Shown: positions 42,909 through 57,147 of the stretch, piece by piece
Numbering within the stretch: the first letter of the stretch is position 1
Layout: each line of letters opens with the position of its first letter
Origin: the human T2T-CHM13v2.0 reference genome, Homo sapiens
Length of the DNA: 64,000 nucleotides
Assembly (NCBI RefSeq): GCF_009914755.1
Contig: NC_060948.1
Reading direction: 5' to 3' (one strand)
Notes under the pieces: generated by a model
What the model was told of the DNA's origin: nothing
Seen by the model: the letters and a program-made list of their open reading frames with translations, nothing else
Databases searched by the model: none
Made by a program: the position numbers and the translations under genes

Positions 42909-45900
42909 GGCCTGGAATAAAGTGGAATGCTACGGTCTCGAATGGAATAAAAATGTATGGAATGGAATGCAATGAAACGGAATCGAATGTCATAGAATGT
43001 AATGGAATGCAACAAAATGGAATCCAAAATCATTGACTGGAAAGGCTGGGTGTCAAAAGGAATTGACTCCAATGGAATGGAATCGAATGGAATGGAAGTG
43101 AATAGAATCGAACTAAATCGAATGGAATGGAATTGATAGGAACGGAATGGAAAGGAATGCAATGATTTGGCACGGAATGGAATCGAATGGCATCGAACGG
43201 AATGGAATGGAATGCAATTGAATGGAACGTATTAGAATGTAATGAGCTTTAATGGAATGTACTCGAATGGATTCGACTGGAATGGAATGTTCTGGAAGTG
43301 AATGGACTCCAATGGAATGGATTCAAAAGGAATGGAATCGTACGGAATGGAATCTAATGGAATGGAATTAAATGGAAATGAATCAAATTGAATAGCATGG
43401 AATTGAATTGAATGGAATCGAATGCAATGGAATCTAATGAAACGGAAAGGAAAGTAATGGAATGGAATGGAATGGGCTGGAATGGAAAGGAATCGAAACT
43501 AATGGAATGGAATCGAACTGACGAGACTGGAATGGAATGCACTGGAATGGAAGGGAGTGTAATGGAAGGTTCTCGAAAAAAATGGAATCGAATGGAATGG
43601 AATTGAATGGAACGGAATAGACTCGAATGGAATTGAATGGAATGGAATGGACTAGAGTAAAATGGAATCGAACCACAAGGAATGGACAGGAATAGAATGG
43701 TCTCGAATTGAATGGAATCGTATGGAATGGCATCAAACGGAATGGAATGGACAGCCACGGAATGGAATGCACTCGAATGCAATGGAGTCGAAACTAATGG
43801 ACTGGAATAGAATGGATTCGACTGGTACGGACTCCAATGGAATGGAATCGAATGGAAGGGAATCGAACGGAATGGACTCGAAGGGAAAAGACTGCAATGG
43901 AAAGGTCTCGAATGGAATGGAAATTAATGGAATGGAATGGAATCGAATGAAATGGAGTCAAAAGGAATGGAATCGAATGGCAAGAAATCGAATGTAATGG
44001 AATCGCAAGGAATTGATGTGAACGGAACGGAATGGAATGGAATCCAAAGGAATGGAATAGAATGGAATGGAATCGAATGGAAAGGACTCGAATGGAAATC
44101 ACTCGAATAGAATGCAATTTAATAAAATAGGATCAAATGTAATGGAATGGAATGGAAAGGAATGGAAACGAAAGGAATGGAGACAGATGGAATGGAATGG
44201 AACAGAGAGCAATGGTATAGAATGGAATGGAATCATCTGGAATGGAATTGAATGGAATGGAATAATATGAAATGGAATGGAATGGAATGGAATGGAATGC
44301 CCTTGAATTAAATGGACTGGAATGGAATGGACTCGAACAGAGTGGAATGGAAAGTGTTGAGATAGAATGGAATGGACTCGTTTGGAATGGTCTAGTATGC
44401 AATGCAATCGACTGGCAGGGAATCAAAAGGAATGTAGTGGAATGGATTGGACTGGAATGCAATGGACTCGAATAGATTGGAAACGGAATGCAAAGGAATG
44501 GAATGGAATAGTATGGAATGGAATGGAAAGGAATGGAGTGGAATAGACTAGAGTGGAATGGAATGGACTGGAAAGCAATAGACTGGAATGGAACTTTCTT
44601 GAATGGACTGGAATCAAACGGAATGGAATGCAATGCAATCAAATGGCATGGAATAAAATAGAATGAAAGAGAATCAAATGGAATTGAATCGAATGGAATC
44701 GAATGGATTGGAAAGGAATAGAATGGAATGGAATGGAATTGACTCAAATGGAATGGACTAGAATGGAATGGATTCGAATGGAAGGCAAAGGAATGGAATC
44801 TATTGGAATGGACTGTAATGGAATGGAATGGAAGGGATTGGAATGGACTCGAATGGAATGGACTGCAATAGAAAGGATTCGAATGGAATGAAAAAGAATT
44901 GAATGGAATAGAACAGAATGGAATCAAATCGAATGAAATGGAATGGAATAGAAAGGAATGGAATGAAATGGAATGGAAAGGATTCGAATGGAATGCAATC
45001 GAATGGAATGGAATCGAACGGAATGGAATAAAATGGAAGAAAACTGGCAAGAAATGGAATCGAAATGAATGGAGTGTTATGGAACGGACTCAAAAGGAAT
45101 TGAACGTAATAGAATGGAGTGGAGTGGACTCGAATATAATGGACTGGAATGGAATGAAATCACATGGAATGGGAACGAATGGAATGGAATGGAAAGGAAT
45201 GGAATCGAATGGAAAGGAATCGAATGGAAGGGAATGAAATTGAATCAACAGGAATGGAAGGGAATAGAATAGACGGTAATGGAATGGACTCGAATTGAAT
45301 GGACACGAATGCTCAAATTGAATGGACTCGAATGGAATGGAAACGAAAGGAATGTCATCGAATGGAATTGAATCGATTGGAATGAAATCGCATACAATGG
45401 AGTGGAATCAAATGGAATTGAATCGAAAGGAAAGGAAGCGAATGGACTGAAATGAAATGGAATGGAATGGAATGGAAAGTAATGCAATGGAATAGAATGG
45501 AACGAAATTTCACGGAATGGAATCAAACTGAATGGAATCAAATCAATGGAATCTAATCAAATGGAATGGAAAGGAATTGAATGGAGTAGATTGGATTGGA
45601 TGGGATTGGAATGAAATGTACTGGAAAGGACTCGAATTTCATGAAACGGAATGGAATGAATTGGAACGGAATGGACTCGAATGGAATGGAATGTCATGGA
45701 ATGGCATCAAATGGAATGGCATCAAATGGAATGGAATCGAATGCAATGGAATGCTATGGAATGGAATGGAATGCATTGGAATGGAATGTCCTCTAATGGA
45801 ATGGATTCGAGTGGAATGGAATCGAATATAATGGAGTCGAATGAAATGGAATTGAAAAGAATGGGATCGAATACAATGGAATATACTGGAATGTAATGTA

Positions 45901-46476
45901 ATGAACTCGAATGTAATTGACTGGAATGGAATGTACATGAATGGAATGTAATCGAATGGAAAGTAATCCAATGGAATAGAAACTAATGCAATAAAATCGA
46001 CTCAAATAGAGTAGAATGTAATGGAATGGAGTGCAGTGCAATGGAATGGAATGGAATGGAATGCAATGGAATGGAATGGAATGTTATGGAATGGAATGGA
46101 ATGGATTGGAATGGGATGGAATGGTATGGAATGGATAGTAATGGACTGGAGTGAAATGGACTGGAAAGGAATGGACTCAAATTGAAAGGGCTCGAAAGGA
46201 ATGGAGTCAAATGCAATAGTCTGGAATGGAATGAACACGAATGTAATGCAATCCAATAGAATGTAATCGAATGGCATGGAATATAAGAAATGGAATCGAA
46301 GAGAATGGAAACAAATGGAATGGAATTGAATGGAATGGAATTGAATGGAATGGGAACGAATGGAGTGAAATTGTATGCAGTGGAAGAGAATAGAATGGAA
46401 TGCAAGCGAAAGGAAAGGAATGGATTGGAATGGAATGGAATTCATTGGAATGGAAGGGAATGTAGTGTAATGGACA
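42909..46476 (+). repeat. DYZ1 unit U13 (3,568 bp), class B
   Basis: GGCC at 42909 and 46477; 1-bp deletion TATAAGAAA ~46282. Confidence 0.9.
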
Positions 46477-49400
46477 GGCCTGGAATAAAGTGGAATGCTA
46501 CGGTCTCGAATGGAATAAAAATGTATGGAATGGAATGCAATGAAACGGAATCGAGTGTCATAGAATGTAATGGAATGCAAAAAAATGGAATCCAAAATCA
46601 TTGACTGGAAAGGCTGGGTGTCGAAAGGAATTGACTCCAATGGAATGGAATCGAATGGAATGGAAGTGAATAGAATCGAACTAAATCGAATGGAATGGAA
46701 TTGATAGGAACGGAATGGAAAGGAATGCAATGATTTGGCATGGAATGCAATCGAATGGCATCGAATGGAATGGAATGGAATGCAATGGAATGGAATGTAT
46801 TAGAATGTAATGAACTTTAATGGAATGTACTCGAATGGATTCGACTGGAATGGAATGTTCTGGAAGTGAATGGACTCCAATGGAATGGATTCAAAAGGAA
46901 TGGAATCGTACGGAATGGAATCTAATGGAATGGAATTAAATGGAAATGAATCAAATTGAATAGCACGGAATTGAATTGAATGGAATCGAATGCAATGGAA
47001 TCTAATGAAACGGAAAGGAAAAGAATGGAATGGAATGGAATGGGCTGGAATGGAAAGGAATCGAAACGAATGGAATGGAATCGAACTGAAGAGACTGGAA
47101 TGGAATGCACTGGAATGGAAGGGAGTGTAATGGAAGGTTCTCGATAAAACTGGAATCGAATGGAATGGAATTGAATGGAACGGAATAGAGTCGAATGGAA
47201 TTGAATGGAATGGAATGGACTAGAGTGAAATGGAATCGAACCACAAGGAATGGACAGGAATAGAATGGTCTCGAATTGAATGGAATCGTATGGAATGGCA
47301 TCAAACGGAATGGAATGGACAGCCACGGAATGGAATGCACTCGAATGCAATGGAGTCGAAACTAATGGACTGGAATAGAATGGACTCGACTGGTACGGAC
47401 TCCAATGGAATGGAATCGAATGGAAGGGAATCGAACGGAATGGACTCGAAGGGAAAAGACTGCAATGGAAAGGTCTCGAATGGAATGGAAATTAATGGAA
47501 TGGAATGGAATCGAATGAAATGGAGTCAAAAGGAATGGAATCGAATGGCAAGAAATCGAATGTAATGGAATCGCAAGGAATTGATGTGAACGGAACGGAA
47601 TGGAATGGAATCCAAAGGAATGGAATAGAATGGAATGGAATCGAATGGAAAGGACTCGAATGGAAATCACTCGAATAGAATGCAATTTAATAAAATAGGA
47701 TCAAATGTAATGGAATGGAATGGAAAGGAATCGAAACGAAAGGAATGGAGACAGATGGAATGGAATGGAACAGAGAGCAATGGTATAGAATGGAATGGAA
47801 TCATCTGGAATGGAATTGAATGGAATGGAATAATATGAAATGGAATGGAATGGAATGGAATGGAATGCCCTTGAATTAAATGGACTGGAATGGAATGGAC
47901 TCGAACAGAGTGGAATGGAAAGTGTTGAGATAGAATGGAATGGACTCGTTTGGAATGGTCTAGTATGCAATGCAATCGACTGGCAGGGAATCAAAAGGAA
48001 TGTAATGGAATGGATTGGACTGGAATGCAATGGACTCGAATAGATTGGAAACGGAATGCAAAGGAATGGAATGGAATAGTATGGAATGGAATGGAAAGGA
48101 ATGGAGTGGAATAGACTAGAGTGGAATGGAATGGACTGGAAAGCAATGGACTGGAATGGAACTTTCTTGAATGGACTGGAATCAAACGGAATGGAATGCA
48201 ATGCAATCAAATGGCATGGAATAAAATAGAATGAAAGAGAATCAAATGGAATTGAATCGAATGGAATCGAATGGATTGGAAAGGAATAGAATGGAATGGA
48301 ATGGAATTGACTCAAATGGAATGGACTAGAATGGAATGGATTCGAATGGAAGGCAAAGGAATGGAATCTATTGGAATGGACTGTAATGGAATGGAATGGA
48401 AGGGATTGGAATGGACTCGAATGGAATGGACTGCAATAGAAAGGATTCAAATGGAATGAAAAAGAATTGAATGGAATAGAACAGAATGGAATCAAATCGA
48501 ATGAAATGGAATGGAATAGAAAGGAATGGAATGAAATGGAATGGAAAGGATTCGAATGGAATGCAATCGAATGGAATGGAATCGAACGGAATGGAATAAA
48601 ATGGAAGAAAACTGGCAAGAAATGGAATCGAAATGAATGGAGTGTTATGGAACGGACTCAAAAGGAATTGAATGTAATAGAATGGAGTGGAGTGGACTCG
48701 AATATAATGGACTGGAATGGAATGAAATCACATGGAATGGGAACGAATGGAATGGAATGGAAAGGAATGGAATCGAATGGAAAGGAATTGAATGGAAGGG
48801 AATGAAATTGAATCAACAGGAATGGAAGGGAATAGAATAGACGGTAATGGAATGGACTCGAATAGAATGGACACGAATGCTCAAATTGAATGGACTCGAA
48901 TGGAATGGAAACGAAAGGAATGTCATCGAATGGAATTGAATCGATTGGAATGAAATCGCATAGAATGGAGTGGAATCAAATGGAATTGAATCGAAAGGAA
49001 AGGAAGCGAATGGACTGAAATGAAATGGAATGGAATTGAATGGAAAGTAATGCAATGGAATAGAATGGAACGAAATTTCACGGAATGGAATCAAACTGAA
49101 TGGAATCAAATCAATGGAATCTAATCAAATGGAATGGAAAGGAATTGAATGGAGTAGATTGGATTGGATGGGATTGGAATGAAATGTACTGGAAAGGACT
49201 CGAATTTCATGAAACGGAATGGAATGAATTGGAACGGAATGGACTCGAATGGAATGGAATGTCATGGAATGGCATCAAATGGAATGGCATCAAATGGAAT
49301 GGAATCGAATGCAATGGAATGCTATGGAATGGAATGGAATGCATTGGAATGGAATGTCCTCTAATGGAATGGATTCGAGTGGAATGGAATAGAATATAAT

Positions 49401-50050
49401 GGAGTCTAATGAAATGGAATTGAAAGGAATGGGATCGAATAGAATGGAATATACTGAAATGTAATGTAATGAACTCGAATGTAATTGACTGGAATGGAAT
49501 GTACATGAATGGAATGTAATCGAATGGAAAGTAATCCAATGGAATAGAATCTAATGCAATAAAACCGACTCAGATAGAGTAGAATGTAATGGAATGGAGT
49601 GCAGTGCAATGGAATGGAATGGAATTGAATGCAATGGAATGGAATGGAATGGAATGGAATGGAATGGAATGGAATGGAATGGAATGGGATGGAATGGTAT
49701 GGAATGGATAGTAATGGACTGGAGTGAAATGGACTGGAAAGGAATGGACTCAAATTGAAAGGGCTCGAAAGGAATGGAGTCAAATGGAATGGTCTGGAAT
49801 GGAATGAACACGAATGTAATGCAATCCAATAGAATGGAAACGAATGGCATGGAATATAAAGAAATGGAATCGAAGAGAATGGAAACAAATGGAATGGAAT
49901 TGAATGGAATGGAATTGAATGGAATGGGAAGGAATGGAGTGAAATTGTATGCAGTAGAAGGGAATAGAATGGAATGGAAGTGAAAGGAAAGGAATGGATT
50001 GGAATGGAATGGAATTCATTGGAATGGAAGGGAATGTAGTGTAATGGACA
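46477..50050 (+). repeat. DYZ1 unit U14 (3,574 bp), hybrid ending as class D
   Basis: GGCC at 46477 and 50051; 5' variants shared with U17, 3' variants shared with U11. Confidence 0.88.
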
Positions 50051-53000
50051 GGCCTGGAATAAAGTGGAATGCTACGGTCTCGAATGGAATAAAAATGTAT
50101 GGAATGGAATGCAATGAAACGGAATCGAATGTCATAGAATGTAATGGAATGCAACAAAATGGAATCCAAAATCATTGACTGGAAAGGCTGGGTGTCGAAA
50201 GGAATTGACTCCAATGGAATGGAATCGAATGGAATGGAAGTGAATAGAATCGAACTAAATCGAATGGAATGGAATTGATAGGAACGGAATGGAAAGGAAT
50301 GCAATGATTTGGCATGGAATGGAATCGAATGGCATCGAATGGAATGGAATGGAATGCAATGGAATGGAATGTATTAGAATGTAATGAACTTTAATGGAAT
50401 GTACTCGAATGGATTCGACTGGAATGGAATGTTCTGGAAGTGAATGGACTCCAATGGAATGGATTCAAAAGGAATGGAATCGTACGGAATGGAATCTAAT
50501 GGAATGGAATTAAATGGAAATGAATCAAATTGAATAGCACGGAATTGAATTGAATGGAATCGAATGCAATGGAATCTAATGAAACGGAAAGGAAAGGAAT
50601 GCAATGGAATGGAATGGGCTGGAATGGAAAGGAATCGAAACGAATGGAATGGAATCGAACTGAAGAGACTGGAATGGAATGCACTGGAATGGAAGGGAGT
50701 GTAATGGAAGGTTCTCGAAAAAAATGGAATCGAATGGAATGGAATTGAATGGAACGGAATAGAGTCGAATGGAATTGAATGGAATGGAATGGACTAGAGT
50801 GAAATGGAATCGAACCACAAGGAATGGACAGGAATAGAATGGTCTCGAATTGAATGGAATCGTATGGAATGGCATCAAACGGAATGGAATGGACAGCCAC
50901 GGAATGGAAGGCACTCGAATGCAATGGAGTCGAAACTAATGGACTGGAATAGAATGGACTCGACAGGTACGGACTCCAATGGAAGGGAATCGAATGGAAG
51001 GGAATCGAACGGAATGGACTTGAAGGGAAAAGACTGCAATGGAAAGGTCTCGAATGGAATGGAAATTAATGGAATGGAATGGAATCGAATGAAATGGAGT
51101 CAAAAGGAATGGAATCGAATGGCAAGAAATCGAATGTAATGGAATCGCAAGGAATTGATGTGAACGGAACGGAATGGAATGGAATCCAAAGGAATGGAAT
51201 AGAATGGAATGGAATCGAATGGAAAGGACTCGAATGGAAATCACTCGAATAGAATGCAATTTAATAAAATAGGATCAAATGTAATGGAATGGAATGGAAA
51301 GGAATCGAAACGAAAGGAATGGAGACAGATTTAATGGAATAGAACAGAGAGCAATGGTATAGAATGGAATGGAATCATCTGGAATGGAATTGAATGGAAT
51401 GGAATAATATGAAATGGAATGGAATGGAATGGAATGGAATGCCCTTGAATTAAATGGACTGGAATGGAATGGACTCGAACAGAGTGGAATGGAAAGTGTT
51501 GAGATAGAATGGAATGGACTCGTTTGGAATGGTCTAGTATGCAATGCAATCGACTGGCAGGGAATCAAAAGGAATGTAATGGAATGGATTGGACTGGAAT
51601 GCAATGGACTCGAATAGATTGCAAACGGAATGCAAAGGAATGGAATGGAATAGTATGGAATGGAATGGAAAGGAATGGAGTGGAATAGACTAGAGTGGAA
51701 TGGAATGGACTGGAAAGCAATGGACTGGAATGGAACTTTCTTGAATGGACTGGTATCAAACGGAATGGAATGCAATGCAATCAAACGGCATGGAATAAAA
51801 TAGAATGAAAGAGAATCAAATGGAATTGAATCGAATGGAATCGAATGGATTGGAAAGGAATAGAATGGAATGGAATGGAATGGACTAGAATGGAATGGAT
51901 TCGAATGGAAGGCAAAGGAATGGAATCTATTGGAATGGACTGTAATGGAATGGAATGGAAGGGATTGGAATGGACTCGAATGGAATGGACTGCAATAGAA
52001 AGGATTCGAATGGAATGAAAAAGAATTGAATGGAATAGAACAGAATGGAATCAAATCGAATGAAATGGAATGGAATAGAAAGGAATGGAATGAAATGGAA
52101 TGGAAAGGATTCGAATGGAATGCAATCGAATGGAATGGAATCGAACGGAATGGAATAAAATGGAAGAAAACTGGCAAGAAATGGAATCGAAATGAATGGA
52201 GTGTTATGGAACGGACTCAAAAGGAATTGAATGTAATAGAATGGAGTGGAGTGGACTCGAATATAATGGACTGGAATGGAATGAAATCACATGGAATGGG
52301 AACGAATAGAATGGAATGGAAAGGAATGGAATCGAATGGAAAGGAATCGAATGGAAGGGAATGAAATTGAATCAACAGGAATGGAAGGGAATAGAATAGA
52401 CGGTAATGGAATGGACTCGAATAGAATGGACACGAATGCTCAAATTGAATGGACTCGAATGGAATGGAAACGAAAGGAATGTCATCGAATGGAATTGAAT
52501 CGATTGGAATGAAATCGCATAGAATGGAGTGGAATCAAATGGAATTGAATCGAAAGGAAAGGAAGCGAATGGACTGAAATGAAATGGAATGGAATTGAAT
52601 GGAAAGTAATGCAATGGAATAGAATGGAACGAAATTTCACGGAATGGAATCAAACTGAATGGAATCAAATCAATGGAATCCAATCAAATGGAATGGAGTA
52701 GATTGGATTGGATGGGATTGGAATGAAATGTACTGGAAAGGACTCGAATTTCATGAAACGGAATGGAATGAATTGGAACGGAATGGACTCGAATGGAATG
52801 GAATGTCATAGAATGGCATCAAATGGAATGGCATCAAATGGAATGGAATCGAATGCAATGGAATGCTATGGAATGGAATGGAATGCATTGGAATGGAATG
52901 TCCTCTAATGGAATGGATTCGAGTGGAATGGAATCGAATATAATGGAGTCGAATGAAATGGAATTGAAAGGAATGGGATCGAATACAATGGAATATACTG

Positions 53001-53579
53001 GAATGTAATGTAATGAACTCGAATGTAATTGACTGGAATGGAATGTACATGAATGGAATGTAATCGAATGGAAAGTAATCCAATGGAATAGAATCTAATG
53101 CAATAAAATCGACTCAGATAGAGTAGAATGTAATGGAATGGAGTGCAGTGCAATGGAATGGAATGGAATGGAATGCAATGGAATGGAATGGAATGGAATG
53201 GAATGGAATGGAATGGGATGGAATGGTATGGAATGGATGGTAATGGACTGGAGTGAAATGGACTGGAAAGGAATGGACTCAAATTGAAAGGGCTGGAAAG
53301 GAATGGAGTCAAATGGAATGGTCTGGAATGGAATGAACACGAAAGTAATGCAATCCAATAGAATGGAATCGAATGGCATGGAATATAATGAAATGGAATC
53401 GAAGAGAATGGAAACAAATGGAATGGAATTGAATGGAATGGAATTGAATGGAATGGGAACGAATGGAGTGAAATTGTATGCAGTAGAAGGGAATAGAATG
53501 GAATGCAAGCGAAAGGAAAGGAATGGATTGGAATGGAATGGAATTCATTGGAATGGAAGGGAATGTAGTGTAATGGACA
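50051..53579 (+). repeat. DYZ1 unit U15 (3,529 bp), class A, near copy of U12
   Basis: GGCC at 50051 and 53580; CAGATTTAAT, CGACAGGTAC and both 15-bp deletions shared with U12. Confidence 0.9.
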
Positions 53580-56500
53580 GGCCTGGAATAAAGTGGAATG
53601 CTACGGTCTCGAATGGAATAAAAATGTATGGAATGGAATGCAATGAAACGGAATCGAATGTCATAGAATGTAATGGAATGCAACAAAATGGAATCCAAAA
53701 TCATTGACTGGAAAGGCTGGGTGTCGAAAGGAATTGACTCCAATGGAATGGAATCGAATGGAATGGAAGTGAATAGAATCGAACTAAATCGAATGGAATG
53801 GAATTGATAGGAACGGAATGGAAAGGAATGCAATGATTTGGCACGGAATGGAATCGAATGGCATCGAACGGAATGGAATGGAATGCAATTGAATGGAACG
53901 TATTAGAATGTAATGAGCTTTAATGGAATGTACTCGAATGGATTCGACTGGAATGGAATGTTCTGGAAGTGAATGGACTCCAATGGAATGGATTCAAAAG
54001 GAATGGAATCGTACGGAATGGAATCTAATGGAATGGAATTAAATGGAAATGAATCAAATTGAATAGCATGGAATTGAATTGAATGGAATCGAATGCAATG
54101 GAATCTAATGAAACGGAAAGGAAAGTAATGGAATGGAATGGAATGGGCTGGAATGGAAAGGAATCGAAACTAAAGGAATGGAATCGAACTGACGAGACTG
54201 GAATGGAATGCACTGGAATGGAAGGGAGTGTAATGGAAGGTTCTCGAAAAAAATGGAATCGAATGGAATGGAATTGAATGGAACGGAATAGAGTCGAATG
54301 GAATTTAATGGAATGGAATGGACTAGAGTAAAATGGAATCGAACCACAAGGAATGGACAGGAATAGAATGGTCTCGAATTGAATGGAATCGTATGGAATG
54401 GCATCAAAAGGAATGGAATGGACAGCCACGGAATGGAATGCACTCGAATGCAATGGAGTCGAAACTAATGGACTGGAATAGAATGGATTCGACTGGTACG
54501 GACTCCAATGGAATGGAATCGAATGGAAGGGAATCGAACGGAATGGACTCGAAGGGAAAAGACTGCAATGGAAAGGTCTCGAATGGAATGGAAATTAATG
54601 GAATGGAATGGAATCGAATGAAATGGAGTCAAAAGGAATGGAATCGAATGGCAAGAAATCGAATGTAATGGAATCGCCAGGAATTGATGTGAACGGAACT
54701 GAATGGAATGGAATCCAAAGGAATGGAATAGAATGGAATGGAATCGAATGGAAAGGACTCGAATGGAAATCACTCGAATAGAATGCAATTTAATAAAATA
54801 GGATCAAATGTAATGGAATGGAATGGAAAGGAATCGAAACGAAAGGAATGGAGACAGATGGAATGGAATGGAACAGAGAGCAATGGTATAGAATGGAATG
54901 GAATCATCTGGAATGGAATTGAATGGAATGGAATAATATGAAATGGAATGGAATGGAATGGAATGGAATGCCCTTGAATTAAATGGACTGGAATGGAATG
55001 GACTCGAACAGAGTGGAATGGAAAGTGTTGAGATAGAATGGAATGGACTCGTTTGGAATGGTCTAGTATGCAATGCAATCGACTGGCAGGGAATCAAAAG
55101 GAATGTAATGGAATGGATTGGACTGGAATGCAATGGACTCGAATAGATTGGAAACGGAATGCAAAGGAATGGAATGGAATAGTATGGAATGGAATGGAAA
55201 GGAATGGAGTGGAATAGACTAGAGTGGAATGGAATGGACTGGAAAGCAATAGACTGGAATGGAACTTTCTTGAATGGACTGGAATCAAACGGAATGGAAT
55301 GCAATGCAATCAAATGGCATGGAATAAAATAGAATGAAAGAGAATCAAATGGAATTGAATCGAATGGAATCGAATGGATTGGAAAGGAATAGAATGGAAT
55401 GGAATGGAATTGACTCAAATGGAATGGACTAGAATGGAATGGATTCGAATGGAAGGCAAAGGAATGGAATCTATTGGAATGGACTGTAATGGAATGGAAT
55501 GGAAGGGATTGGAATGGACTCGAATGGAATGGACTGCAATAGAAAGGATTCGAATGGAATGAAAAAGAATTGAATGGAATAGAACAGAATGGAATCAAAT
55601 CGAATGAAATGGAATGGAATAGAAAGGAATGGAATGAAATGGAATGGAAAGGATTCGAATGGAATGCAATCGAATGGAATGGAATCGAACGGAATGGAAT
55701 AAAATGGAAGAAAACTGGCAAGAAATGGAATCGAAATGAATGGAGTGTTATGGAACGGACTCAAAAGGAATTGAACGTAATAGAATGGAGTGGAGTGGAC
55801 TCGAATATAATGGACTGGAATGGAATGAAATCACATGGAATGGGAACGAATGGAATGGAATGGAAAGGAATGGAATCGAATGGAAAGGAATCGAATGGAA
55901 GGGAATGAAATTGAATCAACAGGAATGGAAGGGAATAGAATAGACGGTAATGGAATGGACTCGAATTGAATGGACACGAATGCTCAAATTGAATGGACTC
56001 GAATGGAATGGAAACGAAAGGAATGTCATGGAATGGAATTGAATCGATTGGAATGAAATCGCATAGAATGGAGTGGAATCAAATGGAATTGAATCGAAAG
56101 GAAAGGAAGCGAATGGACTGAAATGAAATGGAATGGAATGGAATGGAAAGTAATGCAATGGAATAGAATGGAACGAAATTTCACGGAATGGAATCAAACT
56201 GAATGGAATCAAATCAATGGAATCTAATCAAATGGAATGGAAAGGAATTGAATGGAGTAGATTGGATTGGATGGGATTGGAATGAAATGTACTGGAAAGG
56301 ACTCGAATTTCATGAAACGGAATGGAATGAATTGGAACGGAATGGACTCGAATGGAATGGAATGTCATGGAATGGCATCAAATGGAATGGCATCAAATGG
56401 AATGGAATCGAATGCAATGGAATGCTATGGAATGGAATGGAATGCATTGGAATGGAATGTCCTCTAATGGAATGGATTCGAGTGGAATGGAATCGAATAT

Positions 56501-57147
56501 AATGGAGTCGAATGAAATGGAATTGAAAAGAATGGGATCGAATACAATGGAATATACTGGAATGTAATGTAATGAACTCGAATGTAATTGACTGGAATGG
56601 AATGTACATGAATGGAATGTAATCGAATGGAAAGTAATCCAATGGAATAGAAACTAATGCAATAAAATCGACTCAAATAGAGTAGAATGTAATGGAATGG
56701 AGTGCAGTGCAATGGAATGGAATGGAATGGAATGCAATGGAATGGAATGGAATGTTATGGAATGGAATGGAATGGATTGGAATGGGATGGAATGGTATGG
56801 AATGGATAGTAATGGACTGGAGTGAAATGGACTGGAAAGGAATGGACTCAAATTGAAAGGGCTCGAAAGGAATGGAGTCAAATGCAATAGTCTGGAATGG
56901 AATGAACACGAATGTAATGCAATCCAATAGAATGTAATCGAATGGCATGGAATATAAGAAATGGAATCGAAGAGAATGGAAACAAATGGAATGGAATTGA
57001 ATGGAATGGAATTGAATGGAATGGGAACGAATGGAGTGAAATTGTATGCAGTGGAAGAGAATAGAATGGAATGCAAGCGAAAGGAAAGGAATGGATTGGA
57101 ATGGAATGGAATTCATTGGAATGGAAGGGAATGTAGTGTAATGGACA
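53580..57147 (+). repeat. DYZ1 unit U16 (3,568 bp), class B, near copy of U13
   Basis: GGCC at 53580 and 57148; ATGAGCTTT, GTTAT, GCAATAGTCT and the 1-bp deletion shared with U13. Confidence 0.9.
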
